DNA of 64,000 nt from assembly GCA_000146465.1 (NCBI GenBank), contig CP001942.1; one strand, written 5' to 3'. The notes under the pieces are model-generated. The model saw only the letters and a program-made list of their open reading frames with translations, did no database searches and was not told where the DNA came from. Positions 24,301-33,748 of the stretch are shown one piece after another. Each line of letters begins with the position of its first letter. Position 1 is the stretch's first letter. The position numbers and the translations under genes were made by a program.

Positions 24301-25118
24301 CTCATGTTCCTTATCTTCTTTCTGTCCCTGTACTTCTTGAGCTCCTCCTCAAATCCTTCGCACTTTGTCACACTCTCCGCCGTCTCAAACGTCGACAGCT
24401 CATAGGGCTGGCTCTTCCATTTCACCAAAAACACCTTCTCTCCATCATAGTCTTCATGAAGTATCCTGTCCACCTTCAAGAAGTCGGGATTGAATGGAAC
24501 CTCTGCTGCTCGGAACTTCTTCGCTTTCATTGCTCCAACCTTCGTAGCCATAATCTCCTCCTTTGTCACCCAATCGCAATGAAGATAGCTTTTGTGTTTA
24601 AACTTGACAAAATACCTTTCCCCCTCCGTATCGTACTTTAGGAGCTTCTCTATCCCATCCTCGGATTCTTCATTGTACTCGTCCTCACTACTCTCAGATT
24701 CTGGAATAGATGTCCGCTTGGCCATTGCTGCATTCCTCTTCTGTCTTCTCTCTGGAATGTAAACACTCCTCTCCTCTTGGCTCTCTCGATATCCACCAGT
24801 TTCCCGCGGTCTTGTCTCCTCTTCCTGAAGAGAAACACTTGAACCATACCCGTATCCAAGTCCCTGTCCAAAGTTGAAGGTGTTGTAGAATCCATGTTGC
24901 ACCCCAGGAATCATAGAGTGTGCAATTCCAGGTCCTATTGTTGGTGCGTATTGATATCCCAGAGGTGCTTGGTAGAGCATGGGATTAAAATGCCCTTGCG
25001 GCTGTCTATGGCTGTCGTTTTTGCGTGGCCTTCCCCTTTTTCTGGGCATGGCTTTCTTCTCACTAGATTCCTCGCTAGTAGTAATGGAACTTGCAGTACT
25101 TTCACTTTCGGAGCCCAT
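21372..25118 (-). CDS. CHD1: Chromodomain-helicase-DNA-binding protein (CHD1-like SNF2 ATPase).
   Basis: 1248 aa. It has a chromodomain (YFVKFKHKSYLHCDWVTKEEI), SNF2 helicase motifs (ILADEMGLGKTVQT, DEAHRLKN, LLSTRAGGVGINL, QAQARCHRIGQ) and a C-terminal SANT/SLIDE-like region. Confidence 0.9.
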   Translation of the reverse strand: MGSESESTASSITTSEESSEKKAMPRKRGRPRKNDSHRQPQGHFNPMLYQAPLGYQYAPTIGPGIAHSMIPGVQHGFYNTFNFGQGLGYGYGSSVSLQEEETRPRETGGYRESQEERSVYIPERRQKRNAAMAKRTSIPESESSEDEYNEESEDGIEKLLKYDTEGERYFVKFKHKSYLHCDWVTKEEIMATKVGAMKAKKFRAAEVPFNPDFLKVDRILHEDYDGEKVFLVKWKSQPYELSTFETAESVTKCEGFEEELKKYRDRKKIRNMRVGIDWRPPRENFIKYEESPVFKGGNKLREYQLEGLNWLLNRWYYRQSCIMADEMGLGKTVQTVTFVNTLFTKYDYCAPVLVVTPLSIIPHWEREFEAWTDLRVLKYHENRPGRALIAEYEFVLKKNNLEIRLFDVLITTYDTVMAEQESLSQFHFSVGVFDEAHRLKNAKSKAATVLRTLKFNHKVLLSGTPLQNNISELWSLLNFIDPTRFSSLPHFLGEFKMENINDVEKLQGLLRPLMLRRMKEDVEKSIPTKEETIIEVALTMIQKRFYRAILEKNIEFLTKGGKESAPNLLNVMMELRKCCIHPYLIKGAEEQILSGYLKKKREKNKAEGTENDITLTSEISNGDEQANGNTVIGDIDEYYKVFIQSSGKLVLLDKLLGKLKNGHKVLIFSQMTRCLDLLAEYLTYRKYKYERIDGGARTENRQAAIDRFSDKTSDVFVFLLSTRAGGVGINLTAADTVIIFDSDWNPQNDLQAQARCHRIGQTSEVKVYRLVTENTYEREMFDKAGLKLGLDRAVLQRMTFEEHKSEKTRKKDAIETLLRKGAYGVLMESDDASSRKFCEEDIDQILERRTKIVKHSDGGNVFSKASFQVEEDIDDPDFWENLLNKKKSEESEGRIKRQMRRLAREGGLSEENISEIEELLKMKLESEDENVFYENQCLLIFLGVLRFGPRSVGLEIPELPEQEKNGENKVYMLPQSEHFKDTATYFRYLVKYVVDQFQSTKIRSDFSDGIEEFLVDNYDPSLFTKFEDVYKKYGERFLLRIQVVAILSSLLKTEDLVVEKVRGWTSEDDKILVDLTLKHGYDCYPETIRNKSTDDMNQRVRKIVSTLSRKKEVREDDNLFHKAIMEFGRMTDDNRESIAKFLGDKDIDGFEETINRILGETKRHKLSSAELECFDRMNWFGSLRSMEKIPQPKRGMLPKNWSTKTLADLRNELLTKGFSSSGEKFGVSEEFIVKKFEALFPTSRSAQN

Positions 25119-25473
25119 GTTTTGGGGCCTTATTTTTTTGCTTTTAAAAAATTATCCTCCTTCCACAGAGGGCTCCCTAGCCTCCCGTCAATCTTTGCCT
25201 TGTATACTACTCTGTTCTTAGCCTTTTCTCTTTTCCCCTCCCGGGTTCTTCTTCTTTCTCAAATGCCCATTCAAAACCCCTGATTCTTAAAGAATATACC
25301 CTATTCAACCCGAATTTCCAGCATCTAGTCAAGAACTTTTATTTTAGACTTTATCCCTATGTCATTTCCGTGCCCAGCATCCAGCCGAAATTAATCGGTA
25401 AATTAAAAGCACTTCGCAAAACAGAGTCTAGAGAAACCCCAACCTATCCATCTCAAAAGTCCTTCAAAGTCTT

Positions 25474-26064
25474 TTAATTAGTATCCTCTGCTATAGAGTT
25501 ATCTTTCTTCTCCAGCTTGTACAGAATACTGCCTTCAAAACACTTCTCAAACACCTTAAGGACTTCCAAGACAAGTCTGGGCCCAATCTCCTCCAGTTCC
25601 TTCCCTATTTTGTAGCATCGGACCCAGATAACCCCATCGAGATAAAAAAAGCATAGGGCCTTGTCCTTTGTCTCATTCGATTCAAAGATATATTCTATAA
25701 CTTCTTTTGCATGTCTCAAATGCTCTATATTTTCAAACTCCTTACTGAACATCAGAACATATCCACAGTCTTTGAAAGAGTTTGCCGAAAAGTTGCAGTC
25801 TTTCACTGTAAATACGTTATGGATTCGGAACACAACAGACATCCCATTCAATATCCCTGCCCACAGACAGTCAGATCTCTTGGTCGATCTAAAGAAAAGC
25901 ATAGAATTACATTCGTTCACCTCTATAAGCTTTCGAAGCTCCTTGTAATCATTTCCCATGTCCCATTTCTGCTCCTCTTCAGCCTTCACCAGTTTTGAAA
26001 TATCCTTCATAAGATGTCTAATCTTTGCCGAAGCTCCTCTTGTACTCAGAATCACGCTAGTCAT
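25474..26064 (-). CDS. BRX1: Ribosome biogenesis protein BRX1 (Brix domain).
   Basis: 196 aa. TRGASAKIRHLMKDI aligns with SRGISFRTRHLMKDL, and the C-terminal IGPRLVLEVLKVFEKCFEGSILYK aligns with IGPRFVLNLIKIFQGSFGGPTLYE. Confidence 0.75.
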   Translation of the reverse strand: MTSVILSTRGASAKIRHLMKDISKLVKAEEEQKWDMGNDYKELRKLIEVNECNSMLFFRSTKRSDCLWAGILNGMSVVFRIHNVFTVKDCNFSANSFKDCGYVLMFSKEFENIEHLRHAKEVIEYIFESNETKDKALCFFYLDGVIWVRCYKIGKELEEIGPRLVLEVLKVFEKCFEGSILYKLEKKDNSIAEDTN

Positions 26065-26182
26065 ACCCTTAGAAGAATAAAAAACATTCTGCTTTTAAAT
26101 CTTTCCCTTCGGAACACATGCGATATAATCATGAAATCATAGGAACGCCTTTATTCGAAATAGTTCCAAATGAGTTGGGAAA

Positions 26183-27070
26183 TCATCTTCTTTCTATGGT
26201 CTGTCCCTTTTCCATTACCTCTTTGACACTGCGCCTAATCTTCGTTATCTCAAATAGTTTCTCGGTAATCACTTCCCACTTGTTCTTCTTCGACTTTCCG
26301 AACAAGGAAATCAGCCTCGATAGTGTCGAAATCTCCAAAGGAGTCCAGCTTTTTATCTTCATCATCTCCTCCATCTGCTTCTCAATACTCTTACCCACCC
26401 TAGGATCTCTTTTCTTGGCAATCTGCACAAGCCTCTTGATTCTAAGGGCATCTTGGTTCTTCAGAGCTCCTAGTTTCTCTTTGTTCTTTATAGAGTATTG
26501 CTGTCTATCGTTCTCTCCCATGTTGTAGAGCTCCTTCACTGGCTCAAAGGTTCTCCAGGACTTGAAGTTGCTCCAAAACTCATAGAACTCTTCAGTCTTT
26601 TTAGAATCCTCATTTCTATCCATCAGAGGAACAGGCTGCTTCATACTGAACTTGGCGTTTCTTTGAAAACATTCCCCAAACACATCGAAAAACTCGTCCT
26701 CCTGGTAAATCTTATCGTCTGGAATGCTTTCGTCAAAAAAACTCGAGTCGTAGAATAGCCTAAGCTTCCGGTTTCGGAAAACGTCTCCTGCTATCTTCAC
26801 CAGAAGAAATACCTCTCTACACCCCTTGGTCACATCCGGGTGATACTCATACATCTTTGCTTTCAGCACGTAATCAAGAATATGCGGAGGAATGGCCTTC
26901 TCCCTATACATGTCTAGATCAAGTAGGAGGTAAAGATCAACACATCTTCCCCAATCCTCAAGCTCCTTCTTTGTGTATAGGTTCAGAACATTTCTTCCCT
27001 TAAAATATTCCTCATGTATTCGGGCAAGGTCTCCAACCGGCTTTTCAAACTTGACTATCCAGTTTGCCAT
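26183..27070 (-). CDS. ZUO1: Zuotin/DNAJC2-like ribosome-associated J protein.
   Basis: 295 aa. It has a J domain with HPD (DLYLLLDLDMY...YEYHPDVTK), a zuotin-homology FYEFWSNFKSWRTFE, and a C-terminal SANT-like WTPLEISTLSRLISLFGKSKKNKWEVI. Confidence 0.75.
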   Translation of the reverse strand: MANWIVKFEKPVGDLARIHEEYFKGRNVLNLYTKKELEDWGRCVDLYLLLDLDMYREKAIPPHILDYVLKAKMYEYHPDVTKGCREVFLLVKIAGDVFRNRKLRLFYDSSFFDESIPDDKIYQEDEFFDVFGECFQRNAKFSMKQPVPLMDRNEDSKKTEEFYEFWSNFKSWRTFEPVKELYNMGENDRQQYSIKNKEKLGALKNQDALRIKRLVQIAKKRDPRVGKSIEKQMEEMMKIKSWTPLEISTLSRLISLFGKSKKNKWEVITEKLFEITKIRRSVKEVMEKGQTIERR

Positions 27071-27161
27071 TCAGGGGAAAAAATCCCCGGCTTTAAGATC
27101 CTTGGGAATCCCGCATAAAAAACCATTCTACACCCACCTCTTTTAATCAATTCTTATCTAT

Positions 27162-28106
27162 TCAGCATATCATCTCGGAAAACGTCTTGAACAGCTCTTT
27201 ACACTCGCTATCTGATGAAATTAACGAACTTGCTTCGTCGGTAAACAATACGTCAGGCTTTTTGGAGCTCAGAAGAGCCCTAATATGAGGCTTTGCACAG
27301 AGTCGAATATAGATCCTCAATGCCGCTTTGATCAGCCTCGTAGATCCAAGACTAACTCCTTGGGATGCCAACGAGTTGAACATCAGGTTTATTGCCGAAA
27401 ACCTGTCGAAAGTCTGGCATGCGTAGTTGAGTCCCTCATCGCTTCCTATTATTAGCCCAAAAACATTTGCCGAAAGTAGCTGGGATGCTTCAGACCCTAG
27501 GTCGATTATTTTGAGAAGGAGGGGAACAATCTCTGTTGTTTTCAGTTGCTTATGTATATACTGGTCTCCATTTTGGAGCAACGAAGCAATCACCCCCAAT
27601 GCAGATATCCGCAGCGTTTCGTATTTGGAATCCGAATCAGATATTACTAGATATCTGTATATGTAGTAGGGAAACCTGGCATCAACAAAAACCTTCTTTA
27701 TCTTAGAATCGCTGACTAGTATCTGGAGGATGTTCAAAACCGTGTATAACCTATGGCACTCGGCCTCGCCAAACTTATTTGTGTTCAAAATTGTATATGG
27801 TGTAATCACCTCTTGAAGCAGAAAAATTGGCATGGAATCGCAACTCCATACATCCTGTGCCATTCCCGGGGATTTCTTCAGTTCCTCAAACATCTCGCTT
27901 AACTTATCTGTGTCTTTTAGATTTTCGACTGTGAATCCACAAAGATCAAAAAGCCTCTGTCTCCGGGACTCGTCGCTTCTGCTCTCCTTTACAGTGTCTG
28001 ACATCCTAGGGTGGGGATAAATGAGAATTCCAATTTCCTCCTCATTGTTTCTTCTTCTTTTGCTTTGCTTCATGATATCTGATGATGAGCCATTTGAGCT
28101 TCTCAA
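27162..28106 (-). CDS. CAF40: CCR4-NOT subunit CAF40/Rcd1 (CNOT9). The likely start is an internal Met near 28004.
   Basis: 314 aa. The armadillo-like repeats match Rcd1 (RFPYYIYRYL...RISALGVIASLLQNGDQ...TEIVPLLLKIIDLGSEASQ...RLIKAALRIYIRLCAKPHIRALL). Confidence 0.8.
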   Translation of the reverse strand: MRSSNGSSSDIMKQSKRRRNNEEEIGILIYPHPRMSDTVKESRSDESRRQRLFDLCGFTVENLKDTDKLSEMFEELKKSPGMAQDVWSCDSMPIFLLQEVITPYTILNTNKFGEAECHRLYTVLNILQILVSDSKIKKVFVDARFPYYIYRYLVISDSDSKYETLRISALGVIASLLQNGDQYIHKQLKTTEIVPLLLKIIDLGSEASQLLSANVFGLIIGSDEGLNYACQTFDRFSAINLMFNSLASQGVSLGSTRLIKAALRIYIRLCAKPHIRALLSSKKPDVLFTDEASSLISSDSECKELFKTFSEMIC

Positions 28107-28449
28107 ACAAAAGCATGTTTTTCAACGTGCTGTACTTCGGACGCTTGTACATCCCTATTTCCCTTAGTGTCTTCTCGTAGTCTCGGTTCCACGTGGTTTT
28201 GTTGAACCCAAGTGATGACGCAAGAAACGCATTTGGATATACAAGCTCCTTGTTTATAAGTCTTCTTATAACTGCGGCTCTATCCTCCAAGTCGCTTATG
28301 TTATAGGTACACACCTCGTTGAAGTGGGTTGACAAAACATCATCTCTATCTCTTCTGATCGATTCTATATTGTTGAGGATTTCACAATATTTCTGTATTG
28401 TGGAACTTTCACAGAACTCATAGTCCTGGCCATTCTCCTTCTTCCCCAT
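28042..28449 (-). CDS. Hypothetical protein (135 aa).
   Basis: The ORF fills the gap between Rcd1 and the next gene, with a basic C-terminus. No motif recognised. Confidence 0.4.
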   Translation of the reverse strand: MGKKENGQDYEFCESSTIQKYCEILNNIESIRRDRDDVLSTHFNEVCTYNISDLEDRAAVIRRLINKELVYPNAFLASSLGFNKTTWNRDYEKTLREIGMYKRPKYSTLKNMLLFEKLKWLIIRYHEAKQKKKKQ

Positions 28450-28530
28450 TCTGTCGAAGGATTTGTAAGAAAGTCATTATCTTGGTGGAAATCCTGTTTA
28501 TTAATGAAGTCACTGTTTATTTGCTAAAAG

Positions 28531-29757
28531 TTAGCTGAAGAGTGCGATTTTTTCGATTAGTTCGGGCTCATTACTCCTAACCTGGTCGGGGAATTCAAGA
28601 TATGAATATATTAGAGCCAAAGTTCCAGAGGAGAACATCGAAAGAAAGCTATAGACAAAGGTGAGCAAAGGAGCACACACTATTGACATAGTGACATACG
28701 AAAGTTCGTCGGACTGGAAGCTGGGGTTTGCCCAAAACACAGTGGCATTTCCACAAGCAATGAAACAAACGAAAAAGAGGAAGCAGAAGAAGATTACTTT
28801 TCCTATGGCTGCATTACTGAGAAGGGTGACTCCTCCTCTTTCTTCAATTAAATTATACGACTTGCCTATAGACTCGGTGTATTTTGTTCCATGAAGCGTA
28901 AGGTATGGAAACACCAACTCATTCATTAGGTTGGCGAGGTCTCCGACGATACTTAAAAGGCACAAAAGGATTATATTGATGAAGTTGCCGGATCCCCTCT
29001 CTCTGTTTCTTTCTCTTTCTCTCTCTAGGAGGAGCTTTGCAGTGTTGATTGCTGCCATGATCAAGCCTGCAAAGGAAATGCTACCAAGGGCCATGAAAGC
29101 AATGTAAAAGGATTCCCTGAAAGATTCCTTTCCGTTTTTTGCATGGTTAACGACAATTGCAGATACAACAACCTGTGCAAAGTATATTGTGTTGAAGAAT
29201 GTCCAATAACTGTTCAGGATAAAAAGAACAGACATAACTCCTATGTTTGCATCGTTATTTCCTAACACCCTCAAGAATATAAAGCTTTGGATGACTTGAA
29301 GGGATACAGAGCCAAGAAGGAGGATTGTGCATCCCATAAGGTTCAAAGAAAGTATTTTTGCAGTGGTTTCCACCATAGCAGCTATTAGTGGCAGAGCAGG
29401 CTTTATGTACCAGAAATAGAACATCAGGGAAACCCCAAATGTGATTCCTGCAAAGAGAATCACAAAGGGATTTAAGGTAAGCATTGAAATAAAGAATATT
29501 ATAGCCGGAGCCACAATGTTGGCAAGAAATATGAATCCCTTCGCTGTATATCTAAGTCCTAAATATGCTACCAGCAGAAACACAAGCATCAAACCGACGT
29601 TGATAGTCAGAAGAGGAAGAAGGGCTTCTTCGTTATATTTGGGGAATTCCTTCATTTCAGAAACCATCCAACATGTTGTCAATGTTGTCAGGATGAGGTA
29701 TAAGATGAATGCCCATGCGTCATGGAAATGTCTGCTGTCTTCCCTTTTTTCCTCCAT
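28531..29757 (-). CDS. Multi-pass membrane protein, possibly of the choline-transporter-like (CTL/Pns1) family.
   Basis: 408 aa with about 10 hydrophobic helices. The family assignment is tentative and rests on topology and a conserved-looking C-terminal LALIYSYLE segment. Confidence 0.5.
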   Translation of the reverse strand: MEEKREDSRHFHDAWAFILYLILTTLTTCWMVSEMKEFPKYNEEALLPLLTINVGLMLVFLLVAYLGLRYTAKGFIFLANIVAPAIIFFISMLTLNPFVILFAGITFGVSLMFYFWYIKPALPLIAAMVETTAKILSLNLMGCTILLLGSVSLQVIQSFIFLRVLGNNDANIGVMSVLFILNSYWTFFNTIYFAQVVVSAIVVNHAKNGKESFRESFYIAFMALGSISFAGLIMAAINTAKLLLERERERNRERGSGNFINIILLCLLSIVGDLANLMNELVFPYLTLHGTKYTESIGKSYNLIEERGGVTLLSNAAIGKVIFFCFLFFVCFIACGNATVFWANPSFQSDELSYVTMSIVCAPLLTFVYSFLSMFSSGTLALIYSYLEFPDQVRSNEPELIEKIALFS

Positions 29758-29943
29758 TTTGTTGTTTGTTTTTTGTCAGAGAATTTATACGATATTTTTA
29801 GATGTTGTAAAAGATGGCCAATTATTTTCGCAACGGAAGAATTACCATTTTCTAGGAGAATTCTTATTGGATAGAATGATGTGTTCTATTGGGGAGGGCT
29901 ATTTTGATGAACGATGGATGATGTGTTCCTTTGAGCTGCCCAA

Positions 29944-30015
29944 GCGTTGTTGGTCTAGTGGATAGGATAACAGCCTTCCAAGCTGTTGGCCCGGGTTCGA
30001 TTCCCGGACATCGCA
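29944..30015 (+). tRNA. tRNA-Gly (anticodon UCC).
   Basis: It folds into a cloverleaf by hand. The acceptor is GCGTTGT/ACATCGC with one U-U mismatch at 4:69. The D-arm is TGGTCTAGTGGATAGGA (A-box). The anticodon stem is ACAGC/GCTGT with loop CTTCCAA, giving anticodon TCC at 29977-29979. The T-arm is CCGGGTTCGATTCCCGG (B-box) and the discriminator is A. It is near-identical in layout to human tRNA-Gly-TCC. Confidence 0.85.
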
Positions 30016-30019
30016 TTTT
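30016..30019 (+). terminator. Pol III terminator T-run immediately after the tRNA.
   Basis: TTTT directly follows the discriminator base. Confidence 0.4.
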
Positions 30020-30126
30020 GCTAGAGTTCCAAACACAGACTCTCTTTTCGTTCTTTTCCCGGTTATACCCTGAGCTCAATCTGCCCAAACTAAACTCCAT
30101 TCTTTACCCTAAAAGAAAATCCTTAC

Positions 30127-32142
30127 ATGGGCGACTATGATGCAATAAATGACGAAATAAAGAACTTCCTGAGCCTTACGGATAGAAGCCCACGCGAGGA
30201 TCGCCTTCCTTCCAAGGACAGAGGGACTAATGAAGAGGAAGTCTCTACTCTGATAGATCTTCTTACTGGACTGCAAAATGTGTATAGCGAGATCAACACA
30301 AATCTTGCTGCTGGAGATGGCGAAGGGCTTAAGAACATTCTTCTGAACAGCGATGTCAAGATGTCACTTGTGTGTGAGTCTTTGATGAGGGTGTTGAAGG
30401 ATGTGTCGCAGGAGAAGGTTGAGCTTGTAAGGAACGAAGAGAAGTACAAAGAAAAGATAAAGAAGTTCAGCGAGGAGAAAGAGAACCTTGAGATCAAGGT
30501 AAACAAGATGGAAAGTGACCTTGAGTTTGCCAACAGAGGGAATCAGGAGCTCAGCAGGATTATCAAGGATCAGAAGAACAAGATTCAAGGGTTTAAGGAG
30601 AAGGCAGATCTTGAAAAGAGGAACTGCGACAGCTTCAGGTCTATAAATGAGGAGCTGGAGATTCTAAGGAAGAAGGCCTTAGAAAAATGCGATGTGTACG
30701 AAAAGGAGATAGGGGTGTTGAAGGAATACATTAAGGAAAGAAGCATGGAGATAGGGAGATTGAAGGGAGAATCCAAGGAGAGCGAAGAGGAAAGAGAGGG
30801 TCTTGGAAAGAAGATAGTGGGGCTTGAGAAGATCAACGAGATGCTTCGAAAGAAGTTGGAGTTGAAGGAAAATGCCATTGGGATGTGCAACTCTGAGCTG
30901 TCGAAGTTGATTTCAAAGGAGAAAAGGATGGAAAACGAGCTTGAGAAGACAAGAGAAAGAGCATCTTATTACGAAAGGCTTTATAAGGCCACAAACAATC
31001 AGAATGAGTACCTAAATAGACAGCTTTCCAAGATGATAAAGGATACGGACAAAATCGAGGTTCCTGAATATGATCCGAACACACAGCAAGAGGTGACTGC
31101 AATGTCGGAAGGGAAGAGCAGCAAAGGGACGGAGAAAAGCGACTTGAAGAGAATAAAAAGATATAGGCGACGGATCAGTGAAGAGAAAAGGACAAACGAG
31201 AAGCAGAGGGTAGAGATGGAAGATTTGGGACGAGAGATTGAGGGGCTGAAAGGAGAGGTTTCAAGGCTCCAGGAAGAAAGAACAAAGATTGTTAGCGCAA
31301 ACAGTAAAATGATGGAGGAGCTAATGAGCAAGATAGAAAAGCTGCTTGAGAAGAATCGAGAATACCAGAATGTGATCTATGAGCTTCGAGGGAAAGGGGG
31401 AAGGGAGGAAAAAAGCCGAGTAGACTTCAACGAAAGCTTTAGGACAGTGAATGATGGAGAGAACGATCATAGAGAGAAGGAAGATCTTTTCCTCCCTCGA
31501 ATTCTTGGAAAAGACGAGTTCTGGAGAGACAGAAGTGATTTGAAGCCGCTTATTTCCGAAAAAGATTACAAAGAAAAAATAGGGGAGAATGAAGCGGGAA
31601 ATGGATTTGGAGCAAATAGGATTTATGGAGAAGGGCTCAGAAACATTCCCTCAAGGCTGAGTCATCTAAAGAAGCAGCAAGAAACGGGCATGGAGAATAG
31701 GAGTCCGATTAGACTTAATCTTCCGGATAGCTTCTTCAGTAGTCTTGCGAAACCTAAGGAAGAAGAGGGTTTGAAAGACGAAGGAGAATTAGATGAGGAC
31801 AGGGGAGAGAATCGAGAGGGGTATTATAGGGAAGCAGCATATCCCGAAGATCCATTTGGAAGCACAAGCAACAAATACCACAAAGACGTGGTGGAAAACA
31901 AAGCCGAATCGGACACTAGTGGAACATCTCCTAAGACAATTCGGACGACCTCTACTCTTCATGAGATGTTAAGGAGGACTGATGCTTTGCAAGAGAAGTT
32001 TGACAAATTAGAAGACCACCTTAATGCGATAAAGAGTAGTGATAAGGTTGATGCCGAGAAGGTGCATGACCAAATTGAAGCTTATAAGAATTATTACTAC
32101 TCTGATTACCTAGATATGTCGAACGAATCTGATGTTATTTAA
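30127..32142 (+). CDS. Large coiled-coil protein (Lys/Glu-rich).
   Basis: 671 aa, with heptad-like charged repeats throughout. No catalytic motif. Confidence 0.6.
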   Translation: MGDYDAINDEIKNFLSLTDRSPREDRLPSKDRGTNEEEVSTLIDLLTGLQNVYSEINTNLAAGDGEGLKNILLNSDVKMSLVCESLMRVLKDVSQEKVELVRNEEKYKEKIKKFSEEKENLEIKVNKMESDLEFANRGNQELSRIIKDQKNKIQGFKEKADLEKRNCDSFRSINEELEILRKKALEKCDVYEKEIGVLKEYIKERSMEIGRLKGESKESEEEREGLGKKIVGLEKINEMLRKKLELKENAIGMCNSELSKLISKEKRMENELEKTRERASYYERLYKATNNQNEYLNRQLSKMIKDTDKIEVPEYDPNTQQEVTAMSEGKSSKGTEKSDLKRIKRYRRRISEEKRTNEKQRVEMEDLGREIEGLKGEVSRLQEERTKIVSANSKMMEELMSKIEKLLEKNREYQNVIYELRGKGGREEKSRVDFNESFRTVNDGENDHREKEDLFLPRILGKDEFWRDRSDLKPLISEKDYKEKIGENEAGNGFGANRIYGEGLRNIPSRLSHLKKQQETGMENRSPIRLNLPDSFFSSLAKPKEEEGLKDEGELDEDRGENREGYYREAAYPEDPFGSTSNKYHKDVVENKAESDTSGTSPKTIRTTSTLHEMLRRTDALQEKFDKLEDHLNAIKSSDKVDAEKVHDQIEAYKNYYYSDYLDMSNESDVI

Positions 32143-32340
32143 ATACCCAGGAAAACATGGAGATAGCCTGGGATCCTGGTATTTAATTCAGCTGTAGAAT
32201 CCCCTCTTTAATCCATCCTTCGCTTGGAGGCGATTGGTATTTAATGTTTATTTGAGAGTGGTTTGGTCCAACCAAAACAAAAAGAACACCTTTCAAACCT
32301 GAAAAAAGGAGCAGAGAAATATAAAAAAACCTGAGACCTT

Positions 32341-33057
32341 GTGCCCATGGACAAGGAGACGGTGAAAGACATTCAAAGATCGATCGCGATGAAGCTTAAC
32401 AGAGTGGAGTATACCGAGGTTTCTTTGGTTGATGGGTATGAAGAAACAGAAGACTGCTACAAAAGATTTAGAGACGGTCTCAAGAAGGTTTCCGACAGTA
32501 TAACGTGGCTGATGACCTACGAGCACGGGGGGAGTAAGATGAAGTCTTTTTATTCTAAGATGAATATGATAACTTCAACATCAAGGATTGGGCAGTTTAA
32601 GAACTATGACATTTACGAAGCCAACGGGATTGTTGGGTTAGAGCTCTCAAGAATAGGACTAGCCTCGAATGTCAGTGATGCAGCAAAAAAGTATTCTAAG
32701 GCATATATGAACGTTTCACGATACAAGCTCGAGATGAACAAGAAACTTGAGCAACAGATAAAGAAAATATCGAATTTAAGGGACCATTCCAATGCAATTG
32801 ATAAGAAGAGGAAGAAAGTCTCGAACATGAGGTACGATCTGGAGATCGAAAAGAAATCCAAAGAACAAAAGACTCCCAATTCTGTATCCAAGGAAAATGA
32901 GATGGAAAAGACATTCAAAGAGATGTCTAAAGAGACTCTTAAAGAGATGGAGCAATTTATTGGAAACGATGGAGTGTGCGGAGTGCTTCAGAATGTGGCA
33001 GAAGCACACCAAGAGTTCTTGGAGAAGAGCTCCAAGGCACTGGGAGAAGTCAAATAA
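32341..33057 (+). CDS. Hypothetical helical protein (238 aa).
   Basis: The ORF fits between neighbours. A BAR-like helical composition is possible but not established. Confidence 0.45.
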   Translation: MPMDKETVKDIQRSIAMKLNRVEYTEVSLVDGYEETEDCYKRFRDGLKKVSDSITWLMTYEHGGSKMKSFYSKMNMITSTSRIGQFKNYDIYEANGIVGLELSRIGLASNVSDAAKKYSKAYMNVSRYKLEMNKKLEQQIKKISNLRDHSNAIDKKRKKVSNMRYDLEIEKKSKEQKTPNSVSKENEMEKTFKEMSKETLKEMEQFIGNDGVCGVLQNVAEAHQEFLEKSSKALGEVK

Positions 33058-33140
33058 ATGTTTATTACATTCAAATTACTCTGCAATTTTTCTCAAGAAG
33101 ACCTCTCTCTGGAATGCTTATAGGATACTGGATGGTGAAC

Positions 33141-33701
33141 CTAGGAACTAGCCAGGTTCGAAGGCTTTTGGATGATGTCAGAGCGGGATATCTCACGCCC
33201 TGGATTGATGTTGAACTTGGGATGGCCATAGTCACAAGTTGGGCCCTTTGGACAAAATCCAAGAAAGTAGTTGTAGCATAGTTTCTTTCTTACATGCTTG
33301 TTTTTGCATGAAGCTCCATTTCTGCAGAACCCACGGTTGTACCATGGGCATTCCTTTGAAGAGCTGTTTGGATCTATGTGTATGTAGTTACACTCTGGAT
33401 TCATGCATTCTCCATAGCTACTGAAGAAATAACATTCTGGCATTCTAGAGAGATCATATTCATGCATGAACTCGCATTTGATTCCCTTCTTGCACAATCC
33501 ACGGAGCCAGTGCTTGCAGACCACCGCTGTGTTTAATTTGACATGCTGTTTGGAACAATTTGGGTCTTTGCACGAGTTTGTTTGGTATGGAATACAATAA
33601 ACCTCGTCCTCTTCGCGTAGTCCCAGCTTGTCTGAAACATACCCCTCAAAGCTGAATGTGGGATCTCCCATGGTGAGGGAGTAGAAAAGAATTATATGCA
33701 T
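33141..33701 (-). CDS. YTH1: Cleavage and polyadenylation specificity factor 30 kDa subunit (CPSF4/Yth1), a CCCH zinc-finger protein.
   Basis: 186 aa. The five C3H1 fingers are collinear with CPSF30 (VVCKHWLRGLCKKGIKCEFMHEYDLSRMPECYFFSSYGECMNPECNYIHIDP...CPWYNRGFCRNGASCKNKH...CYNYFLGFCPKGPTCDYGHP). Confidence 0.9.
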   Translation of the reverse strand: MHIILFYSLTMGDPTFSFEGYVSDKLGLREEDEVYCIPYQTNSCKDPNCSKQHVKLNTAVVCKHWLRGLCKKGIKCEFMHEYDLSRMPECYFFSSYGECMNPECNYIHIDPNSSSKECPWYNRGFCRNGASCKNKHVRKKLCYNYFLGFCPKGPTCDYGHPKFNINPGREISRSDIIQKPSNLASS

Positions 33702-33748
33702 TGCACCGGAGATCGTTCAATTAAAAATAACAAAAAAATAGCCCCAAA

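Noticed and set aside
29864-30140. Two small ORFs (29864-30100 on minus, 29931-30140 on plus) overlapping the tRNA-Gly.
   Set aside because: They overlap a bona fide tRNA with intact cloverleaf and Pol III boxes. They show no coding features.
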